Below the pieces are notes generated by a model that ran no database searches, was not told the DNA's origin, and worked only from the letters and a program-made list of their open reading frames with translations. A stretch of 64,000 nt of DNA, taken from NCBI RefSeq assembly GCF_009914755.1, contig NC_060940.1. The stretch is one strand, 5' to 3'. The first letter of the stretch is position 1; each line of letters opens with the position of its first letter. Below are positions 1-14,523 of this stretch, one piece after another. This DNA comes from the human T2T-CHM13v2.0 reference genome, Homo sapiens. A program made the translations under genes and the position numbers.

Positions 1-2748
1 GGCAGCATGACAGGGTGCCGTTCTTGTTGTCATGCTGCTTTCCTGAGTAAACTCAAAGCTCTGTTTCCAGAATTTCCTCTGTGCCCTTTTCTCTGCTCTC
101 ATTCAGGCCCACGTAAGTACAGAAAGGAGGCCTTTGAAGGTGGGAATAGTGGGTCTGAAAATACATCTTGAAATAGAGCTGAGGGAAGAACTGAGTCATG
201 GTAGCAAAGCCCAGGCTTCTTCCTCCCTTCCCATCCCTTCTCTAGAAGCACTGTGGTGGGGCCACCTCCTCTGTCAGCCAGCCTGCCCCAGAATCATCAT
301 TGGTTAGATAAGGAACCCAGGGCTCAAGAGGTCAGCTTAAATGCTAAACTCTGCGCTTCACATGTGGCCACGTGAAGGAAAAGGTGGAGAAAAAGGAATC
401 CAGGAGTTTATAAACTGGAAGGGACTTAGAGTTCATGACATTCAGCCCCTTCCTCGTGTTAAAAGTGAAGGCGGTGTGATTTCTCTAAGGCCGACAGAGA
501 AGGTAGAACTAGAACTCAGGTTGCTGGGCTTGCAATCTAACCCTTTAACGTATCCCAGATGCCACTCAGAAGACACACCAAGGGGCCTTTCTCTCCCAGC
601 CTCACTTGCCAGTAGGCAGCCCTGCCTGCCAGAGGAAGTCTAGGGCCGCCCTGTAAGCTGTGTTTGCTGCCAGAAAGAAGCAGCTTCCTCCTCTGTCTGC
701 AGCCTCTGCTAGAGAGCTGGCGCTGTTCTTTGTTTCATTAGCCCTTAGGCTCCAGGTGAGACCGCTGGCAGTGGCTTGGGTAGTGTTCATGCCAGGCCCT
801 TGTGCCAGACATTAGAGCTAGAGCAAACGAAAAGGGTTGGTGCGGGGGGTCCTCAGGCGGGAGCGGAAAGCCCTTCCTGCTGTGCTGCCTCTCCCTCTCC
901 AGGGGGAGTAGGACTCCACTGCCTAGGAGTGGCTTTGGCCCAGCATGGGTAGGGGGATGAGGAAGGCTAGTTGGTAAGGAGGTGCTCACGGAAGAGGTCG
1001 CTTCCCATACCCATTATTGGCATCTTTGCTGTTCCAACATCAGGAGCAGGTACCCTAACTGCAAGGGGAAAAGGACTCTTTTGAGGGCCATGGACTCAGG
1101 AGGAAGGCAGCCAGCTTGATGGTCAGAATCAGAGCAGAGGTGATGCCCTCCTCCTACAGCCCCTGCTTGTCTTCCTCTTGAAGCAGGACCCAGCCCTCAC
1201 TCACGCAGCAGTGTCTCGAAGTGCTGGGATTAGAGGTGTGAGCCACTGACTTGCCCAGAGACTGTGGAAAGGAGAGAGTGGAGGCTGTCACCCTGGGTAT
1301 GGAAGCTGTTCTCTGATCCCAGAGCAAGGGAAGACCTGAGAGTCTGGGCGTAGAGCCAGCTGACATCTTAGTGTTTCCCTCTGTGCCTCGTGCTCCACGT
1401 CGGCCCAGAAGCAGGTGGAAGCCTCAGAGACTGCCCAGGTGGGTCTTGGCACCTGTGCCATCTGTCAGCCAACTGAGGCCATGTGTGTCCCTGGTATGGC
1501 TCAAATAAGTATACTGAGGCACGAGTTCAGTTCTTCACCTAGAACAAACAGAGTTGTGGAGACTGAAGAGCATGACTATTCATCATTTTCCCTTTTCTCC
1601 TGCTTAGAATGCTTCCCAGCCAGTCAGCCCTTGGCTGACACACATACTTACGTGGCTCCAGGGGAAGCAGGTGGGTTGGGCTGCTGGCGTTGAGTGCTTT
1701 CTTAGGAGGTGCTGAGTTGATGTGAGGCCTGAAGCCTGGCTGTGGGCGAGTGTGGAAAGCCTTACTTTTCTAAGCCCTGTGGGAGGCCTCAGCAGGGCTT
1801 CCAGAGGCTGCTATTCTGAAGGTCACCCTAAGCCCCTGCCTCACTGTCAGCTGGATGAGGACCACCTTCTTGTGTTCAGCCTGACTTTCCTCTGTGTACA
1901 AGGGTTAGGCTGGGGACCAGTTCAGGACGACTTGAGTCACTTTGGCTTGGGGGACCCACCTGGCCTAGCTGCTCACAGCTCTTCAAAGATGGGAAGAGCT
2001 GGGACCTGCCAGAGAGGCCAGGCCAGCCCTCAGACAAATGAGTCCATCTGCATTCTGCGCACAGCCACATGCCCACAGTAATTGGTGAGGCGAGAATCTT
2101 GGGGAGCAGCGGGGAGAGGGATCAATCTGGCTCGCTTTGGCACTAACAGGCCGGCCGCTCCATGAGCAGCAGGGGTTGATGCCTGCTGGTGTGAGCCTGT
2201 GCCACTCTGAAGATGGAGACACTTAAGACCATAGGGCTGGTCTGGGGAGAGGCCCCTCCAAGACTGCACTGGTGACTGGTTTGGAGTTTCAGGTCCACGG
2301 TTTCGCTGGGTGTGGATGTGAAGTGGTGAAACCTCCAGTCCATCCATGTTCAGGCTCCTGGCCTCTGTAGGGGAGTTGCCCCTCTTTTGTCTTGGCTGGA
2401 CCAAGGGGCAGGGGCAGAATCCATTTCCCAGCCCTGTTGGGACACCCTGGGCTGTCAGCCCTGTCTTGGGGCTGTTCCAGCAACAGGCCAGACTGAGCTG
2501 CAGCCTGCTTCCTAGTGAGTCCTCCTCTTCCTGGAGACTGTAGAAGGCCAGCAGGCAGCAGAGGTGTCCCCTGACCCACTCTGTTCAGCTGTGTGTGTGC
2601 TGTCTCCATCAAGCTTCTTTCTGTCTCTCCGGTGGGTGATGGGGGCTACAGTGAATGTCTGTGGTCTGGACTGGCTGCCCCCAGTAGTGGTTCCTTGTGT
2701 TCAGGAGGCAACCATGGAGCTTTCTTTTTTAAAAAAAAATTTATTAAT

Positions 2749-3466
<718 letters not shown>

Positions 3467-5098
3467 TGATGAGGATGACCCTGTTAGGTGTGTTTGGGAA
3501 TATGGTTCCCCTGTTGCTCCCACTTCAGCTCAGTAAAACTTGGAATAACCTTCCAAAGAGTGGGTGAAGACAGCAGCTGCAGGTAGCCCCAGGCCTTCCT
3601 CAGGACGGTGGAAGCGTGTTCTCCCTGCCTCATCCCTCTGTGGCAGTGGGGAAGGGGGTAGGGAAAGAGTTGGAGGTCAGGCGAGCCAGACTGGGAGTAG
3701 CAGTAGTCAGTGAGTGTGTGTGTCTGCTAGATGGCTGTGCACCTGCCCTGAAGGTGGTCTCTCAGATCCTCCTGAACCCCCTGGAGGGCATGTTCAGGGG
3801 TTCCTCAAGGTGAAGGGTACCATGGGTGGTGAAGGGTACCATGGGTGGAACAGGCAGACCTCACCTGGCAGGAAGGAAAGTGAGGGGATCGTTAGCATCC
3901 CTGTTGAGTCATCTGCAGCAGGCTCAGGAAAGGTCCTAGCTGCCTATCCTTGGGGGAGCCTCAGAGCCCGTGCCAGAAGTGTTCCTAGGAGATGCAGGGA
4001 CGCAAGGACTCACCTGGCTGAGCCCCAAGGCCTGGAAGCAGCTCCAGGAAAGGGCACCCATCCGGCAGCACCGTGGGTTGTTTACTGTCTGAGCCTGTGC
4101 CTACTGAGTGCTTCCTGTATGCGCAGCACCAGGCACGGGCTCATCCAGCTCAGCATGATCTCATGGGAATACTAAACGAACATGAAATTGCAGTCTCACG
4201 TTACAGCTGGAATAATTGCTGGAAGCACTGGGGGCTAAGAGGGAGTCTGAGCAAGTGTCCTTTACCCTGAGAACCTGAGGATCCAGTCAGGTGAAGACAG
4301 CCGTACAACCTGAGGCCCTGAGACAGACAGCTGCTGGGTTCGGGGCTGAGATGAGGCAGCCCGGGGTGCATGTGGCAGAGTGGGCTTTATGGAGTTCCTC
4401 CCAGGGGACAGAATGTACTAAAATGAGGCTGGCGCACAGCACTGCCAGGAGCCCTTTGTGGCTTAGAGAAGTAATGCGGGCCAGAGGGTGCCACTGAGAA
4501 GGGTCCTGGTTCCTTCCTGGTCCCGGGATCGCCTGCCCTCAGCCGACTGGGAAATCTAGTTGCCTTGAATTGTTTCCTTTCCTCCCCATGCCGGGAGGCA
4601 GAGGCAGGGAGCAGTGGTCTTCTGCCACTGCTTCGGCAGTTGGAGAGAGGTTGGATCTTCTCTGTAAGGACTAGGAAGTTCCCCTTTAAGTAGCCTGATC
4701 CTGGTCATCCAGAGATTGGAGCTTCAATCTGACTTAGGATGTGGTGGGAAAGTTTGAATCATTCTCTAACAGTCCCCTGAGTTATGATACTCCTGGGACA
4801 AGTTCGGGGGGGTCTTGGCAGAGGCCATCTCCCTGAGCCAGGCTTTGGGTCCAGTGCACCATAGAATTTGCTCCCTGGGAGAGTGCACAGGTCCTTTCCT
4901 TCCTTGCCAGACTCCATCACCTGGAGAGCAGCCCTTGTTCAGCCTGAGCCAGCGTTGGGCGGGGAGGCCCCAAGTGCTACATGAGAGGAGGGGCAGCACC
5001 TCTCTCTGGAAAGGGGAGGGTTGCTGAGTAGTGGCCTCATCCAGATGGGGTGGGCAGTGTCAGATGCTCTCACTCTAATGCTTGTCCTTGGTCTCTAG

Positions 5099-5416
5099 CC
5101 CTGGCCTAGTGTGTCCAACCTGGCCAAGGACTTCATTGACCGCCTGCTGACAGTGGACCCTGGAGCCCGTATGACTGCACTGCAGGCCCTGAGGCACCCG
5201 TGGGTGGTGAGCATGGCTGCCTCTTCATCCATGAAGAACCTGCACCGCTCCATATCCCAGAACCTCCTTAAACGTGCCTCCTCGCGCTGCCAGAGCACCA
5301 AATCTGCCCAGTCCACGCGTTCCAGCCGCTCCACACGCTCCAATAAGTCACGCCGTGTGCGGGAACGGGAGCTGCGGGAGCTCAACCTGCGCTACCAGCA
5401 GCAATACAATGGCTGA
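5099..5416 (+). CDS. PSKH1: Last coding exon of serine/threonine kinase H1 (partial gene; upstream exons outside the window)
   Basis: Acceptor ...ggtctctAG|CCC at 5098/5099. Reads [35 protein letters not shown] (CAMK-type kinase subdomain XI), then an S/R-rich tail, with TGA at 5414-5416. Confidence 0.95.
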   Translation, partial: PWPSVSNLAKDFIDRLLTVDPGARMTALQALRHPWVVSMAASSSMKNLHRSISQNLLKRASSRCQSTKSAQSTRSSRSTRSNKSRRVRERELRELNLRYQQQYNG

Positions 5417-7440
5417 GCCGCCTGGCTGTGCACACATGCAGCACGACCCAGCCTGGCCACACACTGTGGTGCCATCTGGGTCCGATGCCCTCTCTGGAGA
5501 TAGGCCTATGTGGCCCACAGTAGGTGAAGAATGTCTGGCTCCAGCCCTTTCTCTGTGCCTTCAGCAGCCCCTGTCCTCACCATGGGCCTGGGCCAGGTGT
5601 GACAGAGTAGAGGTAGCACAGGGGGCTGTGACTCCCCCTGAACTGGGAGCCTGGCCTGGCACTGATACCCCTCTTGGTGGGCAGCTGCTCTGGTGGAGTT
5701 GGGAAGGGATAGGACCTGGCCTTCACTGTCTCCCTTGCCCTTTGACTTTTCCCCAATCAAAGGGAACTGCAGTGCTGGGTGGAGTGTCCTGTGGCCTCAG
5801 GACCCTTTGGGACAGTTACTTCTGGGACCCCCTTTCCTCCACAGAGCCCTTCTCCCTGGTTTCACACATTCCCATGCATCCTGATCCTTAAGATTATGCT
5901 CCAGTGGGAGACCCTGGTAGGCACAAAGCTTGTGCCTTGACTGGACCCGTAGCCCCTGGCTAGGTCGAAACAGCCCTCCACCTCCCAGCCAAGATCTGTC
6001 TTCCTTCATGGTGCCTCCAGGGAGCCTTCCTGGTCCCAGGACCTCTGGTGGAGGGCCATGGCGTGGACCTTCACCCTTCTGGACTGTGTGGCCATGCTGG
6101 TCATCGGCTTGCCCAGGCTCCAGCCTCTCCAGATTCTGAGGGGTCTCAGCCCACCGCCCTTGGTGCCTTCTTTGTAGAGCCCACCGCTACCTCCCTCTCC
6201 CCGTTGGATGTCCATTCCATTCCCCAGGTGCCTCCTTCCCAACTGGGGGTGGTTAAAGGGAGCCCCACTGCTGCTACCTGGGGAATGGGGCACCTGGGGG
6301 CCAAGGCAGAGGGAAGGGGGTCCTCCCGATTAGGGTCGAGTGTCAGCCTGGGTTCTATCCTTTGGTGCAGCCCCATTGCCTTTTCCCTTCAGGCTCTGTT
6401 GCTCCCTCCTCTGCAGCTGCACGAAGGCGCCATCTGGTGTCTGCATGGGTGTTGGCAGCCTGGGAGTGATCACTGCACGCCCATCGTGCACACCTGCCCA
6501 TCGTGCACACCCACCCATGGTGCACACCTGTAGTCCTCCATGAGGACATGGGAAGGTAGGAGTTGCCGCCCTGGGGGAGGGTCCCGGGCTGCTCACCTCT
6601 CCCCTTCTGCTGAGCTTCTGCGCACCCCTCCCTGGAACTTAGCCATACTGTGTGACCTGCCTCTGAAACCAGGGTGCCAGGGGCACTGCCTTCTCACAGC
6701 TGGCCTTGCCCCGTCCACCCTGTGCTGCTTCCCTTCACAGCATTAACCTTCCAGTCTGGGTCCCACTGAGCCTCAAGCTGGAAGGAGCCCCTGCGGGAGG
6801 TGGGTGGGGTTGGGTGGCTGCTTTCCCAGAGGCCTGAGCCAGAACCATCCCCATTTCTTTTGTGGTATCTCCCCCTACCACAAACCAGGCTGGAACCCAA
6901 GCCCCTTCCTCCACAGCTGCCTTCAGTGGGTAGAATGGGGCCAGGGCCCAGCTTTGGCCTTAGCTTGACGGCAGGGCCCCTGCCATTGCAGGAGGGTTTG
7001 GTTCCCACTCAGCTTCTGCCGGTCGGCAGCCTGGGCCAGGCCCTTTTCCTGCATGTGCCACCTCCAGTGGGAAACAAAACTAAAGAGACCACTCTGTGCC
7101 AAGTCGACTATGCCTTAGACACATCCTCCTACCGTCCCCAATGCCCCCTGGGCAGGAGGCAGTGGAGAACCAAGCCCCATGGCCTCAGAATTTCCCCCCA
7201 GTTCCCCAAGTGTCTCTGGGGACCTGAAGCCCTGGGGCTTACGTTCTCTCTTGCCCAGGGTGGGCCTGGTCCTGAGGGCAGGACAGGGGGTTTGGAGATG
7301 TGGGCCTTTGATAGACCCACTTGGGCCTTCATGCCATGGCCTGTGGATGGAGAATGTGCAGTTATTTATTATGCGTATTCAGTTTGTAAACGTATCCTCT
7401 GTATTCAGTAAACAGGCTGCCTCTCCAGGGAGGGCTGCCA
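5417..7440 (+). other. PSKH1: PSKH1 3'UTR (end approximate)
   Basis: Follows the stop codon. UUAUUUAUU at 7362-7370 and variant polyA signal AGTAAA at 7407-7412. Confidence 0.7.
7407..7412 (+). terminator. Variant polyadenylation signal AGTAAA (PSKH1)
   Basis: Best polyA-like hexamer I saw at the AU-rich end of the UTR, upstream of the CTRL 3' end. Confidence 0.6.
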
Positions 7441-7671
7441 TTCATTCCAACAGTTCTGGCTTCTTGCTGTAGGACCAAGGGGTTGCCCTGGAGGAGGGGT
7501 GGGGGCCCCGGCCTCGGCATGGCTACTCTAGGAAGAGCCACTGCTACTCAAGGAGTCACTCAGCCCCTTCTGTGCCAGAAGTCCAAGTAGGGAGTCGGAC
7601 CCTCAACAGCCTCTTCTTTCTCCTGAGCCAGGAAGACAGACATGAATGCATGATGGGACAGGGCCTGGGTC

Positions 7672-7677
7672 TTTAAT
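7672..7677 (-). terminator. Proximal polyA signal ATTAAA (CTRL)
   Basis: tttaat on the + strand, 30 nt past the CTRL stop codon. Confidence 0.7.
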
Positions 7678-7707
7678 GGGTTGAGCTGGGGAGGGCCTGT
7701 GGTGAGC

Positions 7708-9626
7708 TCAGTTGTAGGCTATGACCTGGTTGATCCAGGTGCTGAACTTGCTAACTCGAGTATACACAGCAGGTGCGCGCACATTGCAGTTTTTGGTGCC
7801 CCAGGAGACAATACCAATAAGCACCCATGTGTTTCCCTTCTGGCAGACAAGAGGGCCTCCGGAGTCACCCTGAGAGGGAAGAGGGAGGGAGAATTGAGTA
7901 GGGGGGGTTGGGGAGGTATACCACAGGACAGCGCAGAGGAGCGGGTGCTGGGGCTTACCTGGCACGAGGAGGCACCTGCGCCACCTGCACAGATCATGGA
8001 GTCAGTGATACTTGAGCCCCAGTACTGCCGGCACTGATTCACAGTGACCAGGGGCAAAGCCACCTGCTGCAGATGTGCTGGTGTCACATTGCCTGTGGGC
8101 CAGGAGGGGTGGTCACATGGGGCCCAGAACACTGGTCCCCACCCCAGTCCTCCCACCCTGAGCTTTGGCCTGAGTCCCTACCCACGCCACTGAGGCGACC
8201 CCAGCCGGTGGTGACACACGTGAGGCCTTCAGTCAGAGCCTCGTTTGAGGATGCCAGGCAAACTGGCGAGATGCGTGTTGTGTACTGGGCTGGCGAGGCG
8301 AGCTTCAGCAGCGTCACGTCATTGTTCATGGTGGTAGAGTTCCAGCTAGGGTGTGTAATGGCCTGTGGGGTCAGAAACAGTCCATGTTCTGATGGGTGCT
8401 GAGCAGGGTAGGCCAGGGCATGTCCTGAATTCCTCGTTCCCAGCACCCACCCACCTGCACTGCCCACTTTTCCTCCGTGTCTGCAGCCCAGGCACTCACC
8501 CGAGAGACGGACAGAACCTGCAAGGGCTCTGCGTTTGATGATCGGTCATACTCGCCCAGGACAACAAAATGGCGGCCAGGGCTGCAAGGGGGTGGGATTA
8601 GGCAGCTGCAGGGAGGCCAGCGCGAGAGGGGGACAGCCAGGGGAGGAGGCAGGAAGAGGCGAGGGGCGGGGCAGGTGGAATGCAGGCACTCACCTGACAT
8701 TGCAGTGGGCAGCAGTGACCACCCAGGACTGGCTGATGAGAGAACCACCGCAGAAGTGGAAGCCGCTGCTGTCCTGTGGTCAGGGCTCAGAGGTCAGAGT
8801 GGGGGTGGGCTGCTGAGGCTGCCCCTAGGCATGACGTACCCAGGACCCTGCCCACCCCTCTGGTGGTGTACCTGCAGGGACACCTGCCAGGGCCAGGAGC
8901 CCAACACTGCATTCTCCCCGTTGACAATCCTCTGGCTGAAGCTCAGTGCCGGTTTGATGGCAGGAATGCCGCAGCCTGGCCATTGGGCTAATGAGGACCT
9001 GCTTCCCATGCCTCAGCCCATCTTTCCCCACCTCCTTTTGGGTGCCCCAGGCTGTGCACCCCAGAGAGGTCTGTCGAGAGGGTACAGCACTACCCCTTCC
9101 CCAACAGGGTACATGCAAGCACCTTCGGGCCCCACAGCTATCTTGGTTATCCCTATCCACCCAGTCCCCCAGCCCTGCTGTTCTCCTACATCTGTCTCCA
9201 GCCTAGTCCCCGCTGTTCCCCATCTCTACCCCTGGTCTCTCTGCCCCCTCCCGACCTGAACAGTTCATACCCTTCATGCAGCCAGAAGGTTCTTTCTAAA
9301 AGACATGGACAGGTCTTCCTGTCTCAGCTTCCTAAACCCTCCCGGGCTCCAGGGCCTGGCTCAATCTCTGGTCCTATTTGTGAGACCACCCCACCTCTTG
9401 CCCCCTCCCAGCCCTGCAGGCCTGTTCCCTGCTCCACTGCCCTGGCATATCCTGTTTCTTTTGCCCACTCTGTCCACCTTCGTCCCTTCCAGCCAGCCTA
9501 GCTCCTTCCCTGGGCTGTTGCTGGGAGCTGAGTTGCTCCCAGGGCTGAATCAGGGCTGGTCCTGGCCCACTCACCCCAGGAGGAGCCGAGGAGAACCAGG
9601 CTTAGGGTCAGGCTGAGCAGCAACAT
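7708..9626 (-). CDS. CTRL: Chymotrypsin-like protease CTRL-1, 264 aa, 7 exons
   Basis: Exons 9575-9626, 8872-8975, 8694-8773, 8500-8581, 8182-8362, 7959-8092, 7708-7869; all GT-AG; sum 795 nt. Signal peptide [18 protein letters not shown], activation site R|IVNG, triad motifs TAAHC, NDVTLL and GDSGGP, Ser in the S1 pocket. Confidence 0.97.
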
Positions 9627-9660
9627 CGTGGCAGATGTGAGGTTGGGAGCTGGGTCTGGC

Positions 9661-9739
9661 TTTATGGGTCTTCTCGTCCTTGAGCTAAAGCTCCAGGCCT
9701 GAGGCCAGGCCAGCTGTGTAGACTCAGCCCCCTCCCACG
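9661..9739 (-). promoter_or_regulatory. CTRL promoter: CATAAA TATA-like box plus bipartite PTF1-type site
   Basis: tttatg at 9661-9666; E-box CAGCTG at 9711-9716; TC-box-like CCTCCCACG at 9731-9739. Confidence 0.6.
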
Positions 9740-10539
9740 CTCCAGGCAAGACAGGCCCTTTAGGCCAAGGTCCCCTGACCGAGACCTAGACTTATCAGAC
9801 AGAGCCCAGGTGTGAGACTCACCTCTGCCACCTCCCAAAGCCTGGCCTCTAATTGGCTCCCAGAACCACCTCCCATTCCAAATGTTGAGCCCTCGGTACT
9901 GAGGACAGATGGTTAAATTAGGTCTATAGTGACAACCTGGTGGCTGGGATCACAGGAGTCACCCAGGGCTAACAAAGGCACCAGGCTTTCAGAGAAGGCC
10001 GCTCAGCGTCCAGGGTGTTCTGACTGGTGGATGGAATGCTCACTGCGGTCAACTTTGCTGTGAAGGGCCAGGGGCTGTGAGGTTCTGGCAGGCTGGGAGT
10101 CCTAACACATCATCGCAGTGGTTCCTCGTCCATTTGGAACAGGAGTCACAGGTCTGCTCAGAGATGGTGACTCTCCCACCAGCACGTGGTTGAGTTGTAC
10201 ACAAACTCGCATTTGTCTGGCGCTGAAGCCTCCGCTCTTAACAATGAGATGATACTTATGAAGGGCCTGGCATTTAGGAGGGCAAAGTGTGAGCTCTTGG
10301 TGCCTGGCCGACCGTGGACTGAGGCTGCAGGTGGAGAGTGACAGACATCAAATCTCTGCCACCCTCTTTAGGCCTTGGGGCTCCCATGGGCAAGCCCCTG
10401 GTGTCTGTAGCCCATTTGTTACTGAGCTGCAGACCAAGCTTGAAGGGAGAAGACACCCTGTGTGCAAAGTTCCAACAGGTGCATTGGCTGGCGGCCTTCT
10501 GGGAGTGTGAGGGCTTTAACTGATTCAAGAACAGATCAG

Positions 10540-11431
<892 letters not shown>

Positions 11432-12298
11432 TTACATTTACAAATGTTCATTAATAGAATGTTGGGGTGCAGGGAGCACACTCAGCGGCCTGGGGATGTG
11501 CAGCCCGGCATAGACCCTCCCTGGGCCCTGGGTAGACTCTCCCTGACATTTCTGAAGCTCCAGCGGAGTTCAGCCGTTCTCGCTGAGGACAGGATGCTCT
11601 TGCTGGCACCCAGCAGCCAGGCCTGAGACTCAGCAGGGGCCCAGCAAAGGTTTGTTGGAGAAACGTGTCATCTCTCCCCATGTGAGTCCTGTGACCCTTA
11701 TTAGCCTGGAAAACTTGGAGTCACAAGCCCAGCATGTGCAGACAGAAGACGAGCTTCACGTGAGCAGTGCAGGCATGCCTCGTCATCTAAGGGGTGTCAC
11801 AGGTAAAGATGTTGCGAGGTTGAGGAGTGCTTGGTGAGAACTTGCCTTGGAGTCAGGGAGCGGCTCCTCTTGTCAGCACTTTAGCCCTCAGTGGGGCCTG
11901 TGGGGGCCTGATTGAAAGGTATGAGCTTTGTCCTGGGCCACTGAGGAGCCATGGAAAGTCTCTAGGAGGGGGTAGTACATGGGGTATTTCATAATTTACA
12001 AGTCTCCAGTGGACTAGAGGGCAAGAGCAAGACAGTGGAGTGGTGGGGGAGCCTTCAAGTGTGGAGTCAGAAGGAAGGTTTGGGTGGAGACCAAGCCTGC
12101 AATGCTGGCCAGGGCTGGGGTTCTGGAGTTGTAGGTGCCTGAGGTTATGGGTGAAGGGCATCTCTTAGGCCAGACACTAGAGCTATGGTAGGTAATGGCC
12201 CCTGCAGGGACGCCTTAGCTACAGAGCCCTGCTGGCTGCCTGCCCACCCCATTCCACTCAAGAATGACACAGCCATCTGTTTAACTGTATTTTCTGGG

Positions 12299-12304
12299 TT
12301 TATT
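12299..12304 (-). terminator. PolyA signal AATAAA (PSMB10)
   Basis: tttatt about 30 nt downstream of the TAA. Confidence 0.85.
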
Positions 12305-12333
12305 CCCCCTTGTTCCAAGCTCTAAGCCTCAGC

Positions 12334-14523
12334 TTACTCCACCTCCATAGCCTGCACAGTTTCCTCCACTAGCTCCAGGGTTAGTGGCTTCACTGTCTGG
12401 GTCAGGACAGCTGTGGTTCCAGGCACAAAGTGGTAGCGGCCAGACCTGGGAGGGAGGAGGGACAGCCTCTGAACATGGGCCTGTCATGTGGCCCATCCCC
12501 TTTTTGCAGCCCCCTATCTCCCCTGCTATAGCCCCACACATCCCTGTGGTCCCCGATCTCCAGCTCTCACCTCTTCACGGGCTCTGTGGGTGAGCTCAGT
12601 GTCCGCAGCAGCTTGGCGCCAGTCTTTGTGATCACACATGCGTCCACATTGCCCCCGGAGCCCAGGTCACCCAAGATCCCGGCGGTGACGGCTTCCACCA
12701 GCAGCCCCTGAGCAGCCTCCAGCTGCGGTGATGGGTGTGTGAGACCTAACGGGCTCTCTCTGCTGTTAACTTAGGCTACAGCCTGGGGACTTGCCTGTCC
12801 ACTTACCCAATCTGGTCTTGCCCTCCAAACCCCCACTGTGTTTCTCCCTCTGAGCCTTAGCCACCTCTGAGGCAACATCACCTGCTTCCATCCCACCCCA
12901 AACAAAATCTAGGCTCCAGACGTTGATATAAGTAGGACCCTACTGGTCCTTCTCTCCGCCCTCGGCTCCTAAAGATCCTCTGTGAGCTTCGACTTCTCCC
13001 AGCCGTGCAGGCTTTGGTATTGGACGGTGTTATGTCGGGACCGCACTTCTCTGCCCTTACTCCACTCACCCTTCAGTGGTCACCTCCTCCGACAAGCCTT
13101 AGCCACCCGCACTGGGCCAGGGTCCTGTGCTCCCCCAGCTCCCGGGTGCACATCCCACCAGCGACCACAAAGTCGGGGACAGAGGCCGCTCACCGTCATG
13201 TTCGGCTGGAACCGGTCTTCTAGCACCGCCAGGGCCGCGTCCTGACCAGAGCCTGAAGGCAGGAGAAGCATCTGAAGTCAACCGCTGCGACGCCGTTTGG
13301 AGTGAGGCCAAGGTCACAGGGGCAGAGTTCGAGGAGAAGGGACAGAAGCGCTCACCCAGGGCTGTGAAGGGCAGACGGCTGTAGGAGCCATGGGGATGCA
13401 CACCGTAGAGCTGCGGTCCAGTCAGGTCTACGCCGCCCACGATCAGCGATGCACCCACGTGGCCCTGGTACCTGCTCGAGGATGGGCGGGGTCGGCCACA
13501 AGCTGGGGCCTAGGCCCCACCTCTCTATGCCCAGCTCCTAGGTGCTATCCCCGCCCCTTCCTGTGGGCTGGCGCCCGATGACTGACATCGCCTTTTCCTG
13601 TAGCCCAGGTTCTCTTGGGCCGGCCTCTTCCGGTCACCTGGCCCGTCGCGGTCCCGCCCTTCTTTCTGTCCCGCCTTCCAATGGCCCCAACCCCGTAACT
13701 ACCCCTGCCGGGGTCCTGTTAGCCCTGCCCCCGCACCTGAAGAGCGTCTGGCGCAGGATGCGAGTGACCGTGGCCACGCGGGGCTCGCGGCCCGTAGATA
13801 ACGCGTGTAGCTCCATCTTGGACGCCACCATCCGTGTGGTCATCTCGGCGTCCGCGGCTACTCCAGCCCCACAGCAGCTGAGGCAAAAGGGAGGATCGGT
13901 GTGGGCAGGGCTGGGACGTGCGGGGACCGGAGTGGGAACGAGGGGGCCGTTCTTTTTTGCGTACGGGAACTGGGCTCGGGAGTCTCACTAGATTTTGGGG
14001 GCGATGAAGTGGATCTTCTCGCAGCTCTTGTCCGCCACGACCGAATCGTTAGTGGCTCGCGTATCGGCGCCCAGAATGACCCCGTCCTGAGGAGAGGGAG
14101 GGACCGCAGCTTCAGTGCCTGCTCGATACTCTCGGCTCCCCTCCAGCTCCCCGTCCCTCCCCGCTGCTCACTTGGAACACCAGGCCCGCGATGGTGGTCC
14201 CGGTCTTGCGTGCGTGAGGGACCTTGAGCCCCGGGAGGACGCGTTCCAATGATGCATTTCTGGAAACGGAGGAGGGCGCCCATGTTTCGGCTCTGCTTTC
14301 AAGACCCCTGTTGCTTCCCCTAACCTGGTCCCCGTCTCCCTCATCTTCCGGGGTAAGCCTGGAACCCAAGTCGACCAACACACCCTCCCCCACCCCCAGC
14401 CAGGAAAAAAGGCCACGAGCAAGCAGAGGCGGCTCAGGAGTGACCGCCCCCCGCGCCCCCGCTTCACCTTTGGCAGTTCTCGAAGGAGAAGCCCCCTCGG
14501 GGCTCCAGGGCTGGCTTCAGCAT
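12334..14523 (-). CDS. PSMB10: Immunoproteasome subunit beta-2i (MECL-1), 273 aa, 8 exons
   Basis: Exons 14468-14523, 14172-14259, 13989-14086, 13737-13877, 13356-13471, 13194-13252, 12571-12722, 12334-12445; sum 822 nt. Propeptide ends KTG|TTIAG (catalytic Thr1); motifs GADTRAT and GSG. Confidence 0.97.

Noticed and set aside
5274-5891. 205-aa ORF overlapping the PSKH1 stop
   Set aside because: Starts at GTG inside the last exon in another frame; low-complexity product; no support.
8477-9259. 260-aa + strand ORF
   Set aside because: Antisense shadow of CTRL exons and GC-rich introns; GTG start.
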